Shown: piece after piece, positions 24,733 through 37,300 of the stretch
Numbering within the stretch: the stretch's first letter is position 1
How the letters are laid out: each line of letters begins with the position of its first letter
Source: Hemiscyllium ocellatum
Taxonomy: Eukaryota
Length of the DNA: 64,000 nt
Direction of reading: 5' to 3'
NCBI RefSeq assembly: GCF_020745735.1
Contig: NC_083449.1
Coordinates: 9,398,923 to 9,462,922, forward strand
Notes under the pieces: model-generated
The model's database searches: none
What the model saw: the letters and a program-made list of their open reading frames with translations, nothing else
Told to the model about the DNA's origin: nothing
Position numbers and translations under genes: made by a program

Positions 24733-26041
24733 TAGAGATTAAGAACTACATTTTCACGTTCTCAGAGCAGAAACTATCGGAAAAAATTGATAACCACATC
24801 CATATGTTCACAAAAGAACTTCTAGATTCAAGTGGTGCTGGAAAAGCACAGCTCGTCAGGCAGCATCTAAGGAGCAGGAAAATTGATGCTTTGGGCAAAA
24901 GCCCTTCGACAAATATTGATAAATACACTCACATTTTATTACAGAGCCTGATGGGGAAGGAACCTAATTAAATCATCACAAAGCAGGGTTGTGACAGGGA
25001 CTGTGAAGAACTAAATCCTCACATTCACAAATCAGAAACTGGCAGTCTTAGATTGACAATTACCTAAACACAGCAGGTCAGGCAGCATCTGAGGAGCAGG
25101 AAAATCAACATTTTTGGCAAAAAACCCTTCATCAGAATGGGCTTTTGCCTGAAACGTTGATTTTCCTGCTCCTTGGATGCTCCCTGATCTGTGCTTTTCC
25201 AGCACCACTCTGATCTCAACTCTGGTTTCCAGCATCTGCAGTCCTCACTTTTGCCTAATTACCTAATCATATTCACCAAGCAGATTTCATCAGCAGGCTA
25301 AGGAAAAATTCAGCATGTCTACAAAGACTCTTCCAAATCATCCCACAGAAAGCATCTTATCTGGGTGTATTGCAGTGTGGTATGGCTACTGTGCTGCCCA
25401 AGACCACAAGAAACTGCAGAGAGTGTGAACACGGCTCTGTCCATCACAGAAACCAACCATCCATCCAATGACTGCATTTCCACCTCCCCCCTGACTCGGG
25501 TAAGCAACCAACATAATCAAAGACCAATCTGACCCTGGTTATACTCTCCTCCACCCTCTTCTGTCAGGGAGAAAACACCTGAAGTTTGAATACACCATCA
25601 AACAGATTCAAGAACAGTTTCCCTGCTGTCATCAGACTTTTGAGTGGACCACTCAAATTTTAATGTTAATTTCTCTCTCTCTCTCTGCACCTTCTCTGCA
25701 GCATTAACACTATATTCCGGATTCTGTTCTATTACCCTGATGCACTTTGTACAATATGATCTGCCTGTAAAGCGCACAGATCAATACTTTTCATTGCAAC
25801 TCGTGCATGTGCCAATAACAAGTCAGATCAAATCAAGTAGATAACTACAGCCTCATTCAACAGAATCTGAGAATTACATGTTGACAACTACAATCACAAA
25901 AACTGACAGGAAAAGATGAATAAATACACTGAAATATCGGCATTTCAGACCCTGACATGGAAAGATTGATAACTTGAACTCTCACATTCACAAGACTGAA
26001 ACTGACAGTGACAGATGGAAACTCAGCTCACACATTCTCTT

Positions 26042-27423
26042 CAAAGCACAGCAGGCCAGGCAGCATCTCAGGAATAGAGAATTCGACGTTTCGAGCATAA
26101 GCCCTTCATCAGGAATAAGAGAGAGAGAGCCAAGCAGGCTAAGATAAAAGGTAGGGAGGAGGGACTAGGGGGAGGGGCGATGGAGGTGGGATAGGTGGAA
26201 GGAGGTCAAGGTGAGGGTGATAGGCCGGAGTGGGGTGGGGGCGGAGAGGTCAGGAAGAGGATTGCAGGTTAGGAGGGCGGTGCTGAGTTGAGGGAACCGA
26301 CTGAGACAAGGTGGGGGGAGGGGAAATGAGGAAACTGGAGAAATCTGAATTCATACCTTGTGGTTGGAGGGTTTCCAGGCGGAAGATGAGGCGCTCCTCC
26401 TCCAGCCGTCGTGTAGTTGTGTTCTGCCGGTGGAGGAGTCCAAGGACCTGCATGTCCTCGGTGGAGTGGGAGGGGGAGTTAAAGTGTTGAGCCACGGGGT
26501 GATTGGGTTGGTTGGTTCGGGCGGCTGGAGGCTTCGGATTTGTTGTAGGTACAGGTTGTCCTGGTTGGGTCCAAATTTTGTTGGTTGGAATGTAGTTCGG
26601 AGTCCGTGTGGGATCAGTCGGTTCCTTAGGCAGGTGCTGAGGAAGGAGATGTGGCTGTGGTGGCTGAAGAGCTTCTGTGCAGAGGAGATGACCTGGGGGG
26701 TGCAGTGAGAGAGAGACTTACTGAAATCCTTGTAGAGGGAGGAAGAGAGCTTCTTCAAGGAAGGCATCCTTGCAAGAGGATTTGCAGTAGGTTAAAATCT
26801 TCGAGTAAAAAATGAGGTCTGCAGATGCTGGAGATCACAGCTGCAAATGTGTTGCTGGTCAAAGCACAGCAGGCCAGGCAGCATCTCAGGAATAGAGAAT
26901 TCGATGTTTTGAGCATAAGCCCTTCATCAGGAATAAGAGAGAGAGAGCCAAGCAGGCTAAGATAAAAGGTAGGGAGGAGGGACTAGGGGGAGGGGCGATG
27001 GAGGTGGGATAGGTGGAAGGAGGTCAAGGTGAGGGTGATAGGCCGGAGTGGGGTGGGGGCGGAGAGGTCAGGAAGAGGATTGCAGGTTAGGAGGGCGGTG
27101 CTGAGTTGAGGGAACCGACTGAGACAAGGTGGGGGGAGGGGAAATGTGGAAACTTTCCTGACCTCTCCGCCCCCACCCCACTCCGGCCTATCACCCTCAC
27201 CTTGACCTCCTTCCACCTATCCCACCTCCATCGCCCCTCCCCCTAGTCCCTCCTCCCTACCTTTTATCTTAGCCTGCTTGGCTCTCTCTCTCTTATTCCT
27301 GATGAAGGGCTTATGCTCGAAACGTCGAATTCTCTATTCCTGAGATGCTGCCTGGCCTGCTGTGCTTTGACCAGCAACACATTTGCAGCTGTGATCTCCA
27401 GCATCTGCAGACCTCATTTTTTA
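26042..27423 (-). mobile_element. Internally deleted Penelope-like element: two direct pLTRs plus one inverted pLTR, N-terminal fragment fused to GIY-YIG C-terminus, 15-bp flanking duplication
   Basis: HISFLSTCLRNRLIPHGL (N-terminal) and AQHFNSPSHS...EEERLIFRLETLQPQGMN (endonuclease C-terminal). Hammerheads at 26081-26116(-), 26899-26934(-) and 27295-27330(+). CTCACACATTCTCTT at 26027-26041 and 27424-27438. Confidence 0.85.
27295..27330 (+). ncRNA. Minimal hammerhead ribozyme (family 1), intact core
   Basis: ATTC CTGATGA A GGGC TTAT GCTC GAAA CG TC GAAT. Confidence 0.8.
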
Positions 27424-27574
27424 CTCACACATTCTCTTTGCAGGGATAGATTGACAATTACACAAACCTATTCAGCGAGCAGAAACTGACAGCTACAGAT
27501 TGTTAACTATCTCTATCTATGTATTCACACGGCAGAGTCTGAAAGGTACAGATTGACAATTATACTCACTTTGA

Positions 27575-29328
27575 CAAGGAGGAAATAAAGATCAGCAAGG
27601 CGGCCTTTGTGCGGAGCAGGAGAAAATTGGGGCGATACTAAATAAGTATTTTGCATCAGTATTTACTGTGGAAAAGGATATGGAAGATATAGACTGTAGG
27701 GAAATAGATGGTGACATCTTGCAAAATTTCCAGATTATAGAGGATGAAGTGCTGGATGCCTTGAAATGGGTAAAGGTGGATAAATCCCCAGGACCTGATC
27801 AGGTGTTCCTGAGAACTCTGGAAAGCAAGAGAAGTTATTGCTAGGCCTCTTGCTGAGATATTTGTATCATCAGTAGTCACAGGTGAGGTGCCGGAAGACG
27901 GGAGGTTGGCAAACGTGGTGCCACTGTTTAAGAAGGGCGGTAAGGACAAGCCAGGGAACTATAAACCAGTGAGCCTGACCTCAGTGATGGGCAAGTTGTT
28001 GGAGGGAATCCTGAGGGGACAGGCTGTACATGTATTTGGAAAGGCAAGGACTGATTCGGGATAGTCAACACGGCTTCGTGCGTGGGAAATCATGTCTCAC
28101 AAACTTGATTGAGTTTTTTGAGCAAGTAACAAAGAGGATTGATGAGGGCAAAGCAGTAGATGTGATCTATATGGACTTCAGTAAGGCTTTTGATAAGGTT
28201 CCCCATGGGAGACTGATCAGCAAGGTTAGATCTCATGGAATACAGGAAGAACTAGCCATTTGGATACAGAACTGGCTCAAAGGTAGAAGACAGAGGGTGG
28301 TGTTGGAGGGTTGTTTTTCAGACTGGAGGCCTGTGACCAGTGGGGTGCCACAAGGATTGGTGCTGGGTCCTCTACGTTTTGTCATTTACACAAATGATTT
28401 GGATGCAAGCATAAGAGGTACAGTTAGTAAGTTTGCAGATGACACCAAAATTGGAGGTGTAGTGGACAGCGAAGAGTGTTACGTCAGATTACAACAGGAT
28501 CTTGACCAGATGGGCCAATGAGCTGAGAAGTGGCAGATGGAGTTTAATTCAGATAAATGCGAGGTGCTGCATTTTGGGAAAGAAAATCTTATCAGGACTT
28601 ATCAACTTAATGGTAAGGTCCTAGGGAGTGTTGTTGAACAAAGTGCAGGTCATAGCTCCTTGAAAATTGAGTCGCAGGTAGATAGGATAGTGAAGAAGGC
28701 GTTTGGTATGCTTTCCTTTATTGGTCAGAGTATTGAGTACAGGATTTGGGAGGTCATTTGCAGCTGTACAGGACATTGGTTAGGCCACTGTTGGATTATT
28801 GCATGCAATTCTGGTCTCCTTTCTATCAGAAAGATGTCGTGAAACTTGAAAGGGTTCAGAAAAGATTTACAAGGATGTTGCCAGGGTTGGAGGATTTGAG
28901 CTATAGGGAGAGGCTGAACAGGCTGGGGCTGTTTTCCCTGGTGCATCGGAGGTTGAGGGATGAACTTACAGAGGTTTACAAATTACGAGGGACATGGATA
29001 GGGTACATAGGCAAAGTCTATGGGGTGGGGAGTCCAGAACTAGAGGGCATAGGTTTAGGGTGAGAGGGGAAAGATATAAAAGAGACCAAAGGTGCAACAT
29101 TTTCATACAAGAGGGTGGTATGTGTATGGAATGATCTGCCAGAGTTGTGGTAGAGGCTGGTACAATTGCAACATTTAAGAGGCATTTGGATGGATATATG
29201 AATAGGAAGGTTTGGAGGGATATGAGCCGGGTGCTGGCAGGTGGGACTAGATTGGGTTGGGATATCTGGTCGGCATGGACGATTTTGACTGAAGTGTCTG
29301 TTCCATGCTGTACATCTCTATGACTCTA
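27575..29328 (+). mobile_element. CR1-clade LINE, 5'-truncated, frameshifted
   Basis: RT motifs in ORFs 28030-28521 and 28537-29063; CTCTATGACTCTA tail. Confidence 0.9.
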
Positions 29329-29498
29329 GGTACAGAATAATAACTGTACTCCCACATTCACATCGCTGAAACTGATGGATACAGTTTGATTAATACATCC
29401 ATATTCATAGAACATAATCTGATGTGTACTGATCAATAACTATATTTGCATACTGACAGGGTCGGATTCCTACCTACACTCTCATCTTGACCTATTAG

Positions 29499-30234
29499 TG
29501 TTATGACACAGTGATAAATCCCTCTGCTAATTAAACCAGACACAGAAAAGCTCACCTCGCTTAATAATCTGTTAAAATGAGTGACAGAGAAAGACCCAAA
29601 TTCCAGTATCTAACAAGAGCATCAATTATATTCTTTAATGCTGAAAGTGAACATTAAACAACAACTATTTACAACACTCCGCCTCCTTTCGCTTGAAGAT
29701 TTGTTATCTACCTCCCACTCTTTAACAATATGCTGATTCAATAAACCCCCTATTAAATTTATAGCAACTTAATTTTCAAAACCATTGGGGGCTGTCATCC
29801 CCAACGTCGATCTTCCTCTGTTTGTAAATCTCTCAGGGTCATCTTTGGTCTTTGGCTGCAAAGATGTTTCATATGAAAATGGTACCTTTGATCGAGAGTG
29901 TTGTGAATAACAGTCTTTCAATGGAAGTTCATTCTTTTTTCTGGCCAATTGTCCAAAAGGCATCCTTTTGTGTTAATACCCCAAGCATCAGATCATCTCC
30001 TTGGTTTGATAATGTCAAAACAGTAAAATACCAATTCAATTGGATTTTAGTAGCTTGAGGCATAATTTAAATGGATTGGTTAAATGTGAAATACGAACGA
30101 AGGTATCTAGGTAACAGCCAAATGGTACATCTTTCAATTTTCCACCACACTCTGTGACTGCTAGTCAGTCACAAGACAGGTGCTTACCAGCTTTCTCTCT
30201 TAAAGGTACAGTACATACCTTCAACTTCATAACA
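29499..30234. mobile_element. Solo LTR (probably Gypsy type)
   Basis: TGTTATGA...TCATAACA termini, flanked by TTAG/ATAG (4-bp TSD, one mismatch); interrupts the minisatellite. Confidence 0.7.
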
Positions 30235-30736
30235 ATAGAAACAGTTTGATCACGATGCTCAGGTGTCAAATAGCAAAACCTGATAGCAGTGTATGGTATT
30301 TGCACTCCGATATTGATATAGCTAAAACTGACAGGTAGAGATCAATATGTACAATCACATGGAAGAAACTGAAGGGTACAAATTGATGCGTGCATGTTTA
30401 TAGTCAGGCAGCCGGAACTGACAGTTATAGATAGATAAGTAAGCTCTCATATCTAGACATGCACTCGCATCAGGTAGTCCCATGTGTGGCGCTGGAGAGG
30501 TATTGGTTAGGATCTGGGTCTCGGTGAATTGGTATAGATTTTGTTTTTTGTTATAATGACCAGACAAAGAGCAGCTGAGGCCAAGAATAGAATCAGCTCT
30601 GAGGTTCTGTTGGAATTACTGGCTTGAAAGAAAAACAGCCTAATGATTATTAAATAAATATTACATTGAAAGGTTTGATACTGTCAAACACACGTAATGT
30701 TGAGTTATAGGAGATGTCTCCTCTCTCTTCCTTCAG

Positions 30737-30818
30737 ATAAATGCTTGAAGGACCAAGAGAATGTAATATTATCTCGGTATGGAGTCAAGTGTGATCGGTT
30801 CCTTCTGACGAACAGCAG
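30737..30818 (+). other. Putative 82-nt internal exon 'A', best-preserved copy (paralogues 3615-3696, 10658-10739, 20232-20309, 45311-45390, 52797-52878)
   Basis: Polypyrimidine CTCTCTCTTCCTTCAG acceptor and CAG|GTAAGT donor; six paralogous copies with largely retained splice signals. Confidence 0.55.
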
Positions 30819-31007
30819 GTAAGTTACCATTCTCCGACTGAAGGGCAGCCTTTCCGTAGTCACAGAGCAGTTTGAATTGAGCTCAATTTCCAGAGAGGAA
30901 TTTTCAAACCAGGAATCAAATATTACCAAGCAATTACAATTTTTTTTTACCCCTCTCCATTCTCAATGCACATCACCCTAATTCCATAGATTTTAACATT
31001 CACAGCC

Positions 31008-33120
31008 ATAGAGTCACAGAGATGAACAACACAGAAACAGACCCTTTGGTCTGAATTATCCATGCCAACCAAATATTTGCCAGAACTTGGCCCATATCCC
31101 TCTAAACCCATCCTATTCATATACCCATCCAGATGCCTTTTAAGTTTGTAATTAACCCAGCATTCAACACTTACTCTGGCAGCTCATTCCATACACACAC
31201 CACCTTAAACGTGAAGAGGTTGCCCCTTTTAAATTTTTCCACTTTCCCCTTTCACCTTACACCTATGCCCTCTAGTTTTGGACTCACCCACCCCAGGGAA
31301 AAGACATTGTCTATTAATCCTATCCATGCCCCTCATGGTTTTATAAACCCACAATAAAGTCACCCTGCAGCCTCCAATGCTCCTGGGAAACAGCCTCTTT
31401 ATTCAGCCTCTCCCTATATCTCAAATCCTCCAACCCTGGCAAGGTCTTTGTAAATCTTTTCTGAACTCTTTCAAGTTTCACAGTATCACAGTATAGAAGG
31501 GAGACCAGAATTGTATGCAGTATTCCAAAAATGGCCTAAACCATGATCTGTACAGCTACAACATGACCTCTCAACTTCTACACTCAATGCTCTGACCAAT
31601 AAAGGAAAACATACTAAATGTTTCTTTACTATCCTATCTACCCGCGACTCCACTTTCATGGAACTATCGACCTGTATTTCAAGGTTTATTTCTTCAGCAA
31701 CATTCCCCACAACCTCACCATGAAGTGTATAAGTCTTCCTCTGGTTTGCTTTTCCTAAATGCAGCACCTCACATTGATCTGAATTAAACTCTATCTGCCA
31801 GTCTTCAGCCCATTGGTCCATCTGATCCAGATCCTGTTGTACTCTGAAGTAACCTTCTTTGCTGTCCACCTCCAATTTTGGTGCAATCTGCAAACCTACT
31901 AACTATACTTCCTGTGTTCACATCCAAATCATTTTCATAAATGATGAAAAGCTGTGGACTCAGCACTGATCCTTGTAACAGACCACTGTTCACAGGTCTT
32001 CGGTCTGAAAAGCAACCCTCCACCACCATCCTCTGTCTTCTACTCTTCAAGCCAGTTCTGTTTTCAAATGGCTAGTTCTTCCTGATCTAATCTTGCTAAC
32101 CAGTCTACCATGAGGAACTTTGTCAGACGCCTTACTGAAGCCCATAAAGATCAAGTCTACCGGTCTGCCCTCATGAATCCTCTTTGTTACTCCTACAAAA
32201 AACTCAATCAAATTAGTGAGATATGATTTGCCCCACACACAACCATGTTGCCTTTCCCTAATCAGTCTTTGCCTTTCCAAATACATATAAATTCTGTCCC
32301 TCAGGATTCCCTGCAACAGCTTGCCCACCATCAATGTCAGGATAACCAGCCTATAGTTCCCTGGCTTGTCCTTGCCACCTTTCTTAAATCGTGGAACCAC
32401 ATTAGCCACCCTCCAGTCTTCCAGCACCCCACCTGTGACTATCGATGATACAAAAATCTCAGCAAGGGGCCCAGCAATCACTTCCCTAGTTTCCCACCGA
32501 GTTCTCGAATGCACCTGATCAGGTCCTGGGGAGTTAACGCGTTTGCGTTTTAAGACATCCAACACCACCACCTCAGTAATATGGACATTTCTCAAGATGT
32601 TACTATCCATTTCCCCACATTCTGTATTCTCCATGTGCTTCTCCACAATAAACACTGATGCAAGATAGTCATTTCTTATCTCTCCCATCTCCTGCGGTTC
32701 CACACATAGGCTGCCTTGCAAATCTTTGAGGTGCCTCATTTTCACCCTAGTTATCATTTTGTCCTTAATGTATTTCTAGACTTCCTTAGGATTCTCCTTA
32801 ACTCTATTTGCCAAATATATCTCATGACCCCTTTTTTGCCTTCTTGATTTCTCTCTTAAAGATACGCCAACTGCCTTTGTACTTTCCTAAGGATTCACTC
32901 TATCTTTGCTGTCTATACCTGACATATGCTGCCTTCATTTTCTTGACCATAACTTCAACTTCTCTCATCATCCAGCATTGCCTACACCTACCAGGCTTTC
33001 CTTTCACCCTCTCTGGATTCTTGTTATCTCATTTTTGAGAGCTACTTATTTTCCAGCCGTCCCTTTACCTGTGAATATCCACCCCCAATGAACATTTGAA
33101 AGTTCTTGCATAATACCTTC
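31008..33120 (-). mobile_element. CR1-clade LINE, degenerate
   Basis: ORFs 32047-32757 and 31486-32050 with CR1 RT motifs. Confidence 0.88.
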
Positions 33121-34299
33121 AAGCCCATTGACATTGACACCATTTTCCAAGACTGTTACTCTGAATTCTTGTCTGAAATGCACACTTGGGAATGACATTG
33201 AATCTACAGTGAATGACATTTTTAAAATTAAAAGCAAGATGGGGAAAAAAGTCAGTCTGTAACATAATTTCAAAAACCATACATAACATCCATGTTAAAT
33301 GTAGACATACGAGGAAACTAAACAAAAGTCACCAATTTACAGGATGAAACAGTTATTGAATTTATTAGTGATTGGGCGGGACAGAATTAATCCTTTAATA
33401 CAGCTGTCATATTAAAAAATGTGAATTCCAAACACATTCTGTGCCAAAGCCTGGCAAATAAAACTGTAAATGACAGAAACCAGAAACAAAGTAATAATTG
33501 CTGGAAAAACTCAGCACATCTGGCAACATCTGTTGAGAGAAAGCAGAGTTAAAGCTTTGTGACCAGTGATTGTTGTTCAGAACGGAGTTTCTCCAGGAAT
33601 CTATGTCTTTGTTCCTGACAAATGGAGAATAATTACTACAGACACACAGCAACTGACTCATTCAGAACTTGTCTGAAATGCTAGCATCATAACTACAGAC
33701 AATGACTAACGGTTATGGAATTCCATATATACTGCAGGCAACAGAAAAAGATTACAATCAAAATGAATTTCACTCTCATGAATTCATTGTGGTCTGCAGC
33801 AGTCAGAAACATCCAGCTAACAATTCTACTCCCATTCAGACAGCATTCCATTTCCATAAATGTATCATGGTGGCACAGGAGCTGCCATCCCCACCTTTAT
33901 CACAATATCATTTTCCATTTCTCCAAATTGCAGGAACAGATTTTCTTTTTAACTCTACCTGCATCAAAAAGACGTCTCATGCATTTGTTTCAAACGAAAT
34001 TAAATTTTCGACATATAATCCTGTGTTCCACTTGACCCTCCCTCTGAAGTCTGATGTAAAACGCAAGAAAACTTGGTGCCATTTTCTCAAATGTTCAATG
34101 TGATCACATAATCATATTTTGAAACAGTGGAGTAGGAAAGATTTAGTGAGATAAGGCAGATAGGTAAAGATGCTCAAATTTCTTTTTGCGACAGGAGTTC
34201 AAGAGTTTCATTCTTCAATAAATTTACTTTGACCGTTCCAATTTCCTCCACTGCACGAGAGAAAATCAAAGTCCTTCTGCCTTCCTCCTCCCCTGATAG

Positions 34300-34350
34300 A
34301 ACCACACATGTATCCCAATGATGGTGAGCACCATCACAATACAGAGCAGG
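34300..34350 (+). other. Putative ~50-nt exon 'B' (paralogues 4653-4703, 21533-~21565, 58548-58596)
   Basis: Long pyrimidine tract + ATAG acceptor and CAGG|GTAATG donor; four copies. Confidence 0.45.
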
Positions 34351-37300
34351 GTAATGAACATCTACCTTTACTTCAACAGTGTTCAAATAGTTATATCACT
34401 GTGCACTGAGAACACTTACTGGTTATGACCTTGATTAGGAGGGACAATGAGCTGAGGAGTGGCAGATGGAGTTTACTTCAGATACATGTGAGGTTTTACG
34501 TTTTGGTAACACAAATCAGGGCAGGAATCATACACTTAGTGGTGAGGCCTTGGCGAGTGTTGCTGAACAGAGATCGAGGGGTGCAGCTGCATATTTCCTT
34601 GAAAGTAGAGTCACAAGGAGGCATTTGGCAAGCTTGCCTTCATTGGTCAGAACATTGAGTGTAGTAGTTGGGATGTCATGTGGTGGATGTAAAGGACATT
34701 GGTGAGACCACTTTTGGAGTTTATACAGTTCTCATCAACCTGCTACAGGAAGGATGTTGTTAAACTTGAGATAGTGCAGGGAAGATTTACAAGGATTGTT
34801 ATAAGGGATATAGAGTTGTATAGCAGAGAATCAGGCTCTTCAGCATACCATGTCCAACAAACACCGAACTGCAATCTACCTGCATTTGGCCCATAGCCGA
34901 CTATACCCTGGCATATCCAGATGCTGCTTAAATGTTGCGAGAGTATTCCACCACCCTCTCAGGCAGCACGTTCCAAACTTTGCCCACACTCTAGATCAAA
35001 ATATTTATCTCTGGTATCTTCTAAACTGCATTCTCCGCACCTTCAACTTGTAACCTTTGGTCTTAGACACATCTGCCATGGGGAGAAAGATTCTCACGAT
35101 CTACTTTGTCTGTCTGCACCTCTCACAATTTGGTATACTTCAGCCAGATCCTCTCTCCTCCTCCTCTGCTCCAACAAAACTAAACCTGGCCTATCCAGCC
35201 TCTCCTCACAATGGAAAATTTCCAACCCACTGCACCCTCTCCAGTACAATCACATCTTCTGATAGGGTGGTAACCAAAACTGCACATTCCAGTATTCTAT
35301 CTGTGGCCGAGCCAATATTTTGTAAATTTGTTCGAAGACTTCCTTGCTGTTATATTGTACAGCACAGGTAATTCTGCATGCCTCCTTCAGCAGCCTGTCT
35401 GCCTGTGCTGATGCCTTCTGGGATCTATAGACTTGTATACCATGGTCCCCTTCTTTCTCAGTATTCCCTAGGGACCACCCCTTCATTGTGATTAAATTCT
35501 GTCTGCCATTGCCCTGCCCAGTGTACCCGTACTGAAGCCTGAGACCATCCCCCCTACTGTCAATCACAACCCTAATTTTCATATCATTGAACAAAGAACA
35601 GTACAGCACAGGAACAGGCCCATCACCATCCAAACCTGCACTGATACTTCTTGCACTTCGGCATGAAAAGCTCATCTACAGGTAATTAATTATATGTTCT
35701 ACATTCACATCCAAGTCGTTAATGTACATAACAAATAGCAAGGTTCCCAGCACTGATCCCGGTGGCTGTTGTGGTGGCCTGTATCTGGCCAGAGTAGACT
35801 GGCCCATGTCTGTTAACACAAACTGGTGTGCAAGTGAAAGTAGAATTAAACAGCAGGATGTGAAACAGAACGGCAGGCAGAAACTAAGCTAAACAACCTA
35901 CTTACACTCAGTGGGGCATAATGATACCATTGAACAAGCCACTGCAAGGACAGTAAAAAGGACAAGACGACCTAAGGTCCAATAAATGAGTAACTCCAGC
36001 TACATTAAATGAAAGGGTAATTGTCCCAGTTAATGAACAGACACCAGGCGCTAGTTACAGCCCATTAATGCCCTAAAACAGCTGAGGATGCAACAGCTAA
36101 AGTTATCTTATAGTACTCAGTTTCTTGAAATCTGTTAGAATATTATGACAAAGATAATCACAAAGAGTAGTTTTCAACATAAAAAATAGGTGCATAATAC
36201 CAAAGCATAAAGAGGAAAAGAAGCATTTAAACCTGGAAGTGAAGGTTAGTTAGCTTTAGGTAACGCCTTCTTTTACACCCAGAACACAATAGATTGCTCA
36301 CAGCCCATTAATCACAAAGTGCTAACATTACCTTACACTTTGTAACTAAGTTTTTATAACAAATTAAAATTACAAGTTAATAGCAATTCAGTCAAAACAG
36401 ACTTTGTTTTTTCTTCATATATAATTAGGACCATTGGGAATATAAGAAGAGCAATTGAATTTTTTAAAAAATGGCATACAATGAATACCAGCATTCAAGC
36501 TGTCCCTAGAGACAAGCTAGCCTCAGAGAAACCTGAAGGTGTTCAGCAAATAACTTTGGAATGTGAATGAATAGGATGCACAGAAAGATCGCAAGGCCTA
36601 GAGATTACATTTATCTCTATTTATCCCCATTTGTCTTTCCACCCTGGAGGCTTCCTGTCTCTATTCCTGATGAAGAGCTTTTGCCCGAAACGTGATTTTC
36701 CTGCTCCTCAGATACTGCCTGACCTGCTGTGCTTTGCCAGCACCACCATGATCTAAACTCCGGTTTCCAGCAACTGCAGTCATCACTTTTGCTGAGAGAT
36801 TACAGTGTCCACTAAATTCTGAGGGGTCAGGGAATCCTGGGGCTGTCCATAGAAATACCAATCATTGGTTGGGTGTCTCATAGAATAGAATATGCAAAGT
36901 AAGGGGGAGGAACATGACAATCACATACAATGTGATTACAATGTGATCATTTGGCCCTCTCCCTTCACTAACTAGTTTCTGCTTGAATAAATACCAACCA
37001 CTTGCATGAATCTTGCCTGCCTGCTGAGTCTTTCATCCCCAGTCGTGGGTTATGTTCTGACAAAGGCCATACAGAAGTCCATGTATACCACGTCAACTGC
37101 ACTACTCTCATCAGGATGTTTTTTTGAATGAACTGGAAGTTTTGAGTTAGAGGGAGAGGCTGAACAGGCTGTTGCTTTGTTTCCTAGACTGTCACAAAAC
37201 GAGCTGTGACCTTTGTACAGGTTGAGAAAATCATGAGGGGCATGATGGGGTGAATAGCCACTGTCTTTTTCCAAAGGTGGGTGAGTGCAATAATAGAGGG

